Assembly (NCBI GenBank): GCA_018715495.1
Contig: DVLO01000022.1
Location: 77,172-141,171 of the forward strand
Length of the DNA stretch: 64,000 nt
Source: Candidatus Limihabitans stercoravium
Lineage (GTDB): Bacteria; Bacillota; Clostridia; Christensenellales; CAG-314
Reading direction: 5' to 3'
Shown here: one piece after another, positions 57,622 to 64,000 of the stretch
Numbering within the stretch: the stretch's first letter is position 1
Layout of the letters: every line of letters begins with the position of its first letter
The notes under the pieces: model-generated
Database searches by the model: none
Told to the model about the DNA's origin: nothing
Seen by the model: only the letters and a program-made list of their open reading frames with translations
Made by a program: the position numbers and the translations under genes

Positions 57622-57927
57622 TCAAGCAATGGGCATTATTTCGTACAAGCCTGCCATAGTAAAAATTTTGTTGATTGTTGGTGATGGATTTTTTACGTAA
57701 ACAGGACAATGTTTACTGCGCAGTAATTTGTATCTGCCAATCAACACTCCGATACCTGTTGAATCCATGAAGGCAAGCCGAGACAAATCGAATATTACCG
57801 CAGAGAAACTTTTTCCTTCAATTGCATTGTCAATTGCTCTGCGTGCATATTCCGCTGCGTGTTCGTCAAGTTCCCCTATAAGGTGCACCACCAATGTTTT
57901 TGCCTGAAAACTAAATGTAACTTCCAT
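57622..57927 (-). CDS. spoIIAA: Anti-sigma F factor antagonist SpoIIAA (STAS domain)
   Basis: 101 aa. LIGELDEH...FMDSTGIGVLIGRY contains the phospho-Ser motif. Confidence 0.9.
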   Translation of the reverse strand: MEVTFSFQAKTLVVHLIGELDEHAAEYARRAIDNAIEGKSFSAVIFDLSRLAFMDSTGIGVLIGRYKLLRSKHCPVYVKNPSPTINKIFTMAGLYEIMPIA

Positions 57928-57981
57928 TGCAACCTCCGCACATAATGTAAACCTATTACGCTGTTTGAATTTGTAAGTCTT

Positions 57982-57988
57982 TGTCGAA
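57982..57988. promoter_or_regulatory. Possible Spo0A box (TGTCGAA) upstream of spoIIAA
   Basis: Exact 7-mer match to the 0A-box consensus TGNCGAA, 55 nt upstream of the spoIIAA ATG. A single short motif only. Confidence 0.3.
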
Positions 57989-58099
57989 TTATATATTTAA
58001 AGCGTATTTTAATTATTGACAACTTTAACGACAATCACACCGCCCGGCGTAAAATTGTCAAATCCGATCTACTATGCGTGAAATAGTATTAGACAAAAA

Positions 58100-58133
58100 G
58101 AAAAAAATAGCTATTCCTTCATGGAACAGCTAT
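58100..58133 (-). terminator. Intrinsic terminator after the AraC-family gene
   Basis: AUAGCUGUUCC / GGAAUAGCUAU stem followed by U7 on the minus strand. Confidence 0.8.
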
Positions 58134-58222
58134 TTAAAATCAAAATGTTTTGTATATATCATTCGATAAATACACAACCGACTACCACGTGACATTTACG
58201 GCAACATAGTATCCATACTGTC

Positions 58223-59086
58223 TTAAAGCGATTTTCCACGGGCACGCTTTCGATAAGCAAGCGGCGTTAGTTTACCGAATTTGGAAAAAAGCACAATCAG
58301 CCCCTTTGTATCGCCATACCCCACTCTTCTGGCAATTTCCGCAACGGAAATATCCGTATCAACAAGAAAGCGGCAGGCAAATTGGTATTTTTGACGAAGA
58401 ATATACGAACTCATCGATTGCCCGACATACCGTTTGAACAAACGCTCCATATACACGGGGCTAAATCCGAAGTGTTCAGCCACCTCCGCAGGAGAAGGCG
58501 GAGGACACCTATACAAAATCCAACACAAAATTTCATCGATTTTCTTAGGATACTTCTTTACCTGCTCACTACGACGGACGTGCAAAATTTTAGTCAATAA
58601 AAAATACAAAGCGCAAGATCGGTCATAAAAAGCATCAGTAGAACTTGTCTCACGTGTAAATTTTTCAAGACAGTCAATTACTGCATTTGCAGGAAAACCG
58701 TGCAAAACGTAATCATCTTCCTGCTTTTCTAAAAAAGAATTGTAGATGTCCTGAACCTGTCCACCCTTCACATGAAAATAAACAATCTCCATTCCATCGG
58801 TTTCAGGATAAAATATTGAATGCTTCGAAAGGTGTAAAAAAGTCAAATCCCCGGCCTTAAGACGAAATTCCTTGCCGTCAACGTGAAGCACCCCCTCACC
58901 GCTCAAAACGTAATTTATCATATATATATTGATATCCTGACGTTCATTAAAATAATCAGCGCGAAGGCATTCACGTCCTGCACTTGTTGCATAGTAAAGA
59001 AGTTCTTTTTCCAGCGGAACAGACAAATAGTGCATTGTATTCGACTTGTCTTCGTAAATTGAATATTTGATTTGACTTAATGACAT
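58223..59086 (-). CDS. AraC family transcriptional regulator (cupin sensor + HTH)
   Basis: The C-terminal tandem HTH (AEVAEHFGFSPVYMERLFK...VAEIARRVGYGD) is AraC-type. ATG 59086 follows GTGGGGG. Confidence 0.85.
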   Translation of the reverse strand: MSLSQIKYSIYEDKSNTMHYLSVPLEKELLYYATSAGRECLRADYFNERQDINIYMINYVLSGEGVLHVDGKEFRLKAGDLTFLHLSKHSIFYPETDGMEIVYFHVKGGQVQDIYNSFLEKQEDDYVLHGFPANAVIDCLEKFTRETSSTDAFYDRSCALYFLLTKILHVRRSEQVKKYPKKIDEILCWILYRCPPPSPAEVAEHFGFSPVYMERLFKRYVGQSMSSYILRQKYQFACRFLVDTDISVAEIARRVGYGDTKGLIVLFSKFGKLTPLAYRKRARGKSL

Positions 59087-59218
59087 AGTATGCCCCCACT
59101 TCCAAAAGTTTAAAAACACCAATTTTAAGTTTATTTATTCTATTGAATAAATCCCAGTATTTATTATAATGACATTGAAAAAAAAGTCAATAGACTTTAT
59201 CAGAAAGGAGACAATATC

Positions 59219-61222
59219 ATGAAAAAAAGCAAAATAATCATTTGCATCATTCTGTCCGTACTCACATTTTTTTCGTCGCTACTTGCCGCATGCACTCCTC
59301 AAATACCCGGCAGCGACGATAAAGGAGACGAAACTAAGCCATCCACTCCAACGCCAACGAGCATTACGCTTAAAGGAATGCAGACGGAATTCGAATACGG
59401 AGAAGAATTCTCCGCCAAAGGTCTCACCGTTGAAGTAACAATGTCTGACAATACGACAAAAATTGCGGCAGGCAGAGAATACTCAATAGACTACTCCGCA
59501 TACAATTCGCAGGTCGCAGGCACATATGAAATCATCGTAAAACTAAGCGGCACTCAAATTTCGGCAAAGTACAGCGTTACTGTAAAGGAGGAACCGATTC
59601 AGGAACCCGAATGGATGGACGACGGTTCATTGAAAATACTTGCTATCGGCAACAGCTTTTCCGATGACATGATGGAATACGTGTGGCAGATTGCTACAAG
59701 CCTTGGCGTCAAAGAAGTTGTTCTGGGCAACCTGTACATTGGAGGTTGCTCAATAGATACGCATGTGTATAATGCCAAAAACAATTCGCCGGCATATGAC
59801 TACCGCACTAATTCAAACGGTACATGGAAAAACACTCCCAACTTTCGCATGGGCGACGCAATCGAATCGGAAAATTGGGACTTCATATCATTGCAGCAGG
59901 CAAGCGGAAGCAGCGGAATCACAACCACCTACTCACAACTCAATGATTTAATTAAATACGTTAAAAGTAAAAGCGACAACGCAAAGCTTGTATGGCACAT
60001 GACATGGGCATATCAAAGTAACAGCACGCATGGGGATTTTCCCAAATACAACAACAACCAGAAAACAATGTATGATGCAATTGTTGCCGCAGTAGACAGT
60101 CAAATTGTTCCCACAGACGCATTCGACATTGTAATTCCTAACGGAACCGCCATACAAAATGCACGCACCTCATTTCTTGGCAATACGCTTACGCGTGACG
60201 GTTACCACCTCACACTTGATGTAGGCAGATACATTGCAGGACTTACAGCAGTACAGGCACTGACAGGTCTTTCTGTTGAAAATGTACCCTTTTCGCCCGC
60301 AAACGTTAATGCTGACTACCGCACCGTTGCAATTGAATCGGCGCAAAACGCCATTGCGCAGCCTTTCTCAGTTACAACATCCGAATACACCGAAAAGCCC
60401 ACCTTCAACCCGAACGGATACGTTCTCCTTGATCTGGACTACATAAAATTTGCCTATTACAATTCAACAGACAAAACCCAATTCGATACTCCTATTACAA
60501 CAGCAAAAAACAGCAATCAATTCTACACAACCGCACGCCTTACAAAATCACAACTTCCTGTAGGCAGCGTAATACTGCTGGAGGAAGGTTGGCAATATCG
60601 CCCCGAAGGTTGGACGGACAACGCTCCGCAAACCACACGTCCCAACAACGTAAGCGTCTACCGTGTTGACGTAACAGAAGATTGGTGGGGAAATTACATC
60701 TATCGTGCATTTAACGTAGCAAAATCAGGTAACCCGTCATTAGCAAGCGAAGATGAGCAAACAGTTGAAAACGCCATGAAGATTTATGTTCCGGAAAAAC
60801 TGTACGTTGCCCCCATCGACCCGGACTTTGAAAATGATTACACATTGCTTGAATTTGATTTGTTTAAAGGATTCTACAATGCAACTGATCCAAATAGCCC
60901 GACAAACATCATCGACGATGACGCATCGCTTAGCAACAAATTTTTTACAACCGTTAGATTTACTAAAGAAACTCTGCCAGTTGGCAGTATAATTGTTCTT
61001 GAAGAAGGATGGCAGTACCGCCCTGAATCATGGGTTTCCGATGAAAAGCAAAATTACCGTCCCAACAACACCACTCAACATATAACCATTATTACTGAAG
61101 AATGGTGGTACGGACTGCAGTACAGAGCGCTCAATCTTTCAAAACTTGGATTGCCCTCTTTAACAGGACAAGAAAGTGCCGCAGCTACAGCTTTGAAAAT
61201 ATACATTCCTAAGACAAATTAA
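59219..61222 (+). CDS. Lipoprotein with an Ig-like domain, an SGNH/DUF4886-like hydrolase domain and two tandem C-terminal repeat domains of about 125 aa
   Basis: Lipobox LLAAC, LAIGNSFSDD (GDSL-like block I), and two repeats sharing LPVGS.I.LEEGWQYRPE.W...RPNN. Confidence 0.7.
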   Translation: MKKSKIIICIILSVLTFFSSLLAACTPQIPGSDDKGDETKPSTPTPTSITLKGMQTEFEYGEEFSAKGLTVEVTMSDNTTKIAAGREYSIDYSAYNSQVAGTYEIIVKLSGTQISAKYSVTVKEEPIQEPEWMDDGSLKILAIGNSFSDDMMEYVWQIATSLGVKEVVLGNLYIGGCSIDTHVYNAKNNSPAYDYRTNSNGTWKNTPNFRMGDAIESENWDFISLQQASGSSGITTTYSQLNDLIKYVKSKSDNAKLVWHMTWAYQSNSTHGDFPKYNNNQKTMYDAIVAAVDSQIVPTDAFDIVIPNGTAIQNARTSFLGNTLTRDGYHLTLDVGRYIAGLTAVQALTGLSVENVPFSPANVNADYRTVAIESAQNAIAQPFSVTTSEYTEKPTFNPNGYVLLDLDYIKFAYYNSTDKTQFDTPITTAKNSNQFYTTARLTKSQLPVGSVILLEEGWQYRPEGWTDNAPQTTRPNNVSVYRVDVTEDWWGNYIYRAFNVAKSGNPSLASEDEQTVENAMKIYVPEKLYVAPIDPDFENDYTLLEFDLFKGFYNATDPNSPTNIIDDDASLSNKFFTTVRFTKETLPVGSIIVLEEGWQYRPESWVSDEKQNYRPNNTTQHITIITEEWWYGLQYRALNLSKLGLPSLTGQESAAATALKIYIPKTN

Positions 61223-61227
61223 ATATT

Positions 61228-61265
61228 AAAAGTGCGGATGCAATATACATTGCATCCGCACTTTT
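61228..61265. terminator. Bidirectional terminator between the lipoprotein gene and pnuC
   Basis: AAAAGTGCGGATGCAAT / ATTGCATCCGCACTTTT 17-bp stem. Confidence 0.85.
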
Positions 61266-61341
61266 AATGTACAAAAAAACTGTTACGACACTGAATTTAT
61301 AAAATTTTCATTTGATATACACTAGAAGCGAGCGACTAGGA

Positions 61342-62034
61342 CTAATTTGCCGCTGTATTCTGTCTGTGCTTCATTCTGTTCCAATTAATAAATCCATAGA
61401 TGTCGTTTGCGAAAAACATCACAAAGCACAACACCACCGAAATGTTTGAAACATCTTTTACTGTAGCAATTATCCACAACACTATCAGCACGATGTCATT
61501 GCATGCGTAGGCAAGTGCGTAAAAAGGACTGCGTTTAGCTGTAAGGTAAACGGCAAGAAAACTTGTTGTGACGGAAACCGTGCTTACCGTAAGCGAAGCG
61601 GTATTGAGGGCTTTCAAAATAAAGTAAAACACCGCCGTCACCACAACAGTTAAAGCCGTCATGAAAACAACTTCCCTTCCGCCTATCTTACTGACAGCCA
61701 CTTCACTGCGATTGCCGTTGTAGGGATGTCTTAGCCACGAAACAAGAGCCACAAATGCCATTGGAGCGGTCATTGCAAGATAAGTAATCATTTCACCGTA
61801 GTACTGCCACTGATAGGAAATGTAGCCGTACAAACAGCTGAAAACGATAGTCAACGCTTGCCCAACAGGATTTCCCTTAGCTATAAATATCAACGAAGTT
61901 GCACCAATCAGCGACGCAATCAATGTCAGATAATTTACACGGTCGAAACACACAAACCCCGTCAGAATCAACAAAACAGACAATCCCCACAAAGTCAGTT
62001 CCGTCTTTGTGAAGTATCCCTTTAATTTGATCAT
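61342..62034 (-). CDS. pnuC: PnuC-family nicotinamide riboside (or related vitamin) transporter
   Basis: 230 aa with 7-8 TM helices. A conserved W...NDIYGFINW tail and the WQYYGE region are typical of PnuC. Confidence 0.8.
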   Translation of the reverse strand: MIKLKGYFTKTELTLWGLSVLLILTGFVCFDRVNYLTLIASLIGATSLIFIAKGNPVGQALTIVFSCLYGYISYQWQYYGEMITYLAMTAPMAFVALVSWLRHPYNGNRSEVAVSKIGGREVVFMTALTVVVTAVFYFILKALNTASLTVSTVSVTTSFLAVYLTAKRSPFYALAYACNDIVLIVLWIIATVKDVSNISVVLCFVMFFANDIYGFINWNRMKHRQNTAAN

Positions 62035-62045
62035 AATTCCTCCAA

Positions 62046-62100
62046 TAAAAAAGCATCCGCAATGTATCTTCTAAGACCTAACGATACATCAGCGAATGCT
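62046..62100 (-). terminator. Leader terminator immediately upstream of the pnuC RBS
   Basis: Roughly 17-bp imperfect hairpin (AGCAUUCGCUGAUGUAUC / GAUACAUUGCGGAUGCU) followed by U6, 10 nt before GGAGG. Confidence 0.7.
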
Positions 62101-62137
62101 CGCACTACCCGGTGGCAGTAAATTATTTATTTTCTAT

Positions 62138-62166
62138 ATACTAAATCAATTGTTACTATTTGTCAA
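62138..62166 (-). promoter_or_regulatory. Candidate sigma-A promoter of the pnuC leader
   Basis: Minus strand: TTGACA-17 nt-TAGTAT, upstream of the leader terminator. Confidence 0.55.
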
Positions 62167-62180
62167 GCGTTTACAATTTC

Positions 62181-62519
62181 TCAATCGCAACGTCTGACAA
62201 GAATACCCTTCATTCCATCAGTTGCATTGCAAAATTCCAATACAGCTTGCATTTCGCTTTCCGTCGTACCAAGCAGTACCTTCATTTCACAATCACGCTT
62301 TACAATATCAACGGTACAAATTACGCCATTTACAGATTTACCGCAACTACCTACCCAGACATCGACACATTCGCCGTCTGTTGAAGTTGTACCCTTCAAA
62401 TAGCCGTAATCGACAGGATAAACACACTTCCACACGTGATGAGCGCTATTCTTAGCCCTTTCTATAACGACTTCAGATTGACTCACCAACTTGTCAATAT
62501 GTTTAAAAAATTCAGTCAC
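62181..62519 (-). CDS. Short inorganic pyrophosphatase-like protein (112 aa)
   Basis: YPVDYGYLKGTTSTDGECVDVWV parallels the family I PPase core YPxNYGxIpxTlxxDGDPlDvlV. One metal-binding Asp position is replaced by Glu. Confidence 0.6.
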   Translation of the reverse strand: MTEFFKHIDKLVSQSEVVIERAKNSAHHVWKCVYPVDYGYLKGTTSTDGECVDVWVGSCGKSVNGVICTVDIVKRDCEMKVLLGTTESEMQAVLEFCNATDGMKGILVRRCD

Positions 62520-62578
62520 TTGAACACCTCAATTAAACTTGCAATTCAGTGTCAAAGACACTTTTTCAATTGTACAAA

Positions 62579-62938
62579 TTACTGTTCAGGGAATAACCAC
62601 GGAATGATCTTTTTAGCGTTTCCTGCAGGCAACAACATTGAATACGTCTTACCTTGACATGTAAATGTAACTTTCTTTTGCAAACCAAACATAATCTTCT
62701 TGAGTTTCAAGTCTGAAAGTTCCGACTTGTCCGCTGACAGCACCATTGTCGACCAACTGTTGTCAATATTAGCACGGAAAATCTTCAGATTGTTTCCGTT
62801 TACAGTCATCAATGCCAAATTCATTGCAGCACCTACCGCACCACCAATTACTGAATCAAACTGTGCGTAACCGTAAATTTCCTTTTCATCAATCAAACCT
62901 TGTTGGTGCATCAATGCAACTGCATCTTGTAATTTCAT
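62579..62938 (-). CDS. Hypothetical protein (119 aa)
   Basis: The ORF fills the intergenic space on the same strand as its neighbours. No motif recognised. Confidence 0.45.
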   Translation of the reverse strand: MKLQDAVALMHQQGLIDEKEIYGYAQFDSVIGGAVGAAMNLALMTVNGNNLKIFRANIDNSWSTMVLSADKSELSDLKLKKIMFGLQKKVTFTCQGKTYSMLLPAGNAKKIIPWLFPEQ

Positions 62939-63064
62939 AACTTCTCTCCCTTATTTCCACGAAATTGAATTTACTGTTTGAAACAGCGATCTAATTTTAA
63001 CACAGACGACTACGCCATGTCAATGCAAAATAGATTCATATACACATTAAGTTGATGATAGACA

Positions 63065-63101
63065 CCAAACAAGCACAAGATGTTATCTTGTACTTGTTTG
63101 G
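63065..63101. terminator. 17-bp hairpin after the Xre-repeat gene
   Basis: CCAAACAAGCACAAGAT / ATCTTGTACTTGTTTGG. The T7 run is on the plus-strand side only, while both flanking genes are on the minus strand. Confidence 0.5.
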
Positions 63102-63110
63102 AGACTTTTT

Positions 63111-64000
63111 TTAAACCTTTTTTGTAAGCAACTCAATCAGGCTCTTTTCATCCAAGAAAGGGTAAAGACTGTTGATAGACTTGCCTTTTTTAATTAAATT
63201 CACAGCAAGTTGCGCCACATCGCTTTCTTCCATAAAGGGCAGAAATTCTTTCACGTCCTCACCTCTTTCTACCGACGAAAATGCTAGTTTGGCCACTTCA
63301 GCGCTTTCTAAAAACGGCAACACATCGACACATGCAGAGGTTCTTCCTTTATTGACTGCGCAGTCAACCATATGAGACAAAGCATCATGTTCCAAAAATG
63401 GCAACAGACTGTGAATTTGCGAAAAATCGAAGTTGTCGTCCTTGAGTTTAACCTTGACAATTTCTTTCAACGAATCCTGACTCAAAAATGGCAAAAAACC
63501 ATGAATTTCCGACAAATCAAAATTGTTGTCCTTGAGTTTAGCGGTGACAATGGAATTCAGTGTACTGTCGGACAAAAAGGGAGCTATTCCAGACAGACTA
63601 GCCAAGTCAATTTCAGGATTTTGCATCACAGCACCGTCAAGCACCTCATTGTTCACAAAGGGCGCAATTTCGACAAGTTTGTCAATAGGAATAGCCTTGT
63701 CCTCCGACAGTTCCTTGTCCAATTGCTGTCCGATTTTTTGCGGCGGAACAATCGGAGCAACCTCTGTCAATTCTTCCAGAGATACCTCCTGCTCATTGTC
63801 AACAATCTTTTTCACAATCTCAGCAGTTGACCCTTCGCTCCCAAACAGCTGTTCATAGGTTATGTCAAGAATTTGACACAACTCAGCGATCTTACCAATG
63901 TCAGGCATGCTGTTTGCACGTTCCCAATTAGACACAGCCTGGAAACTGACAGCCATTTTGTCCGCTAGTTCCATTTGTGTGAGATTCTTCTTTATACGTG
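63111..64000 (-). CDS. Xre-type HTH protein with a C-terminal array of about 8 'PF' repeats (5' end outside window)
   Basis: The frame stays open upstream of ATG 63974 to the window edge (..RIKKNLTQMELADKMAVSFQAVSNWER is an HTH_XRE). The C-terminus repeats (I/L)xPF(L/V/M)xxxxL every 27-30 aa or so. Confidence 0.7.
   Translation of the reverse strand, partial: RIKKNLTQMELADKMAVSFQAVSNWERANSMPDIGKIAELCQILDITYEQLFGSEGSTAEIVKKIVDNEQEVSLEELTEVAPIVPPQKIGQQLDKELSEDKAIPIDKLVEIAPFVNNEVLDGAVMQNPEIDLASLSGIAPFLSDSTLNSIVTAKLKDNNFDLSEIHGFLPFLSQDSLKEIVKVKLKDDNFDFSQIHSLLPFLEHDALSHMVDCAVNKGRTSACVDVLPFLESAEVAKLAFSSVERGEDVKEFLPFMEESDVAQLAVNLIKKGKSINSLYPFLDEKSLIELLTKKV

Overview
This 64-kb window looks like densely packed core chromosome from an endospore-forming Firmicute with Clostridia-like gene content. 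All calls rest on motifs read from the supplied translations; no database search was run.

Plus-strand block, about 1-19.4 kb: ytfJ, a DD-carboxypeptidase, rluB, surE, aroH, plsC, an ispH-S1 fusion, rpsO, pnp, a ylxY-like deacetylase, an M16 peptidase, ftsK/spoIIIE, rimO, pgsA, cinA and recA.

Minus-strand blocks:
- lexA, hflX and a Xer-like recombinase
- rny
- miaB-mutS-mutL-miaA-ynbB
- a T-box-led pheS-pheT-U32-mutS2-nifS-thiI run
- yunB, spoVAC-AD-AE and spoIIAA-spoIIAB-sigF

I found no defense island, CRISPR array, rRNA or intact mobile element. The unusual material sits in small non-core pockets:
1. 22.8-24.8 kb. A Cys-rich small protein, an Xre repressor whose two 17-mer operators embrace a perfect divergent promoter, a roughly 455-nt transcript with no convincing ORF that ends at its own terminator, and a tRNA-Trp with a 97-bp direct repeat that duplicates its 3' end.
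2. Two ORF-free AT-rich gaps of about 0.9 kb between convergent genes (28.1-29.05 kb and 42.1-43.0 kb). The first holds a 577-bp segment bounded by 36-bp inverted repeats.
3. Promoter geometry implying leaderless lexA and xer mRNAs.
4. A terminator-containing leader in front of pnuC.
5. Several odd proteins: a PadR-membrane fusion, a YgjP/DUF45-like protein lacking the catalytic Glu, a mini pyrophosphatase-like protein, and an Xre protein with PF-repeats.

None of these is demonstrated to be a new system. The Xre-gated RNA locus beside the tRNA-Trp scar is the best candidate.
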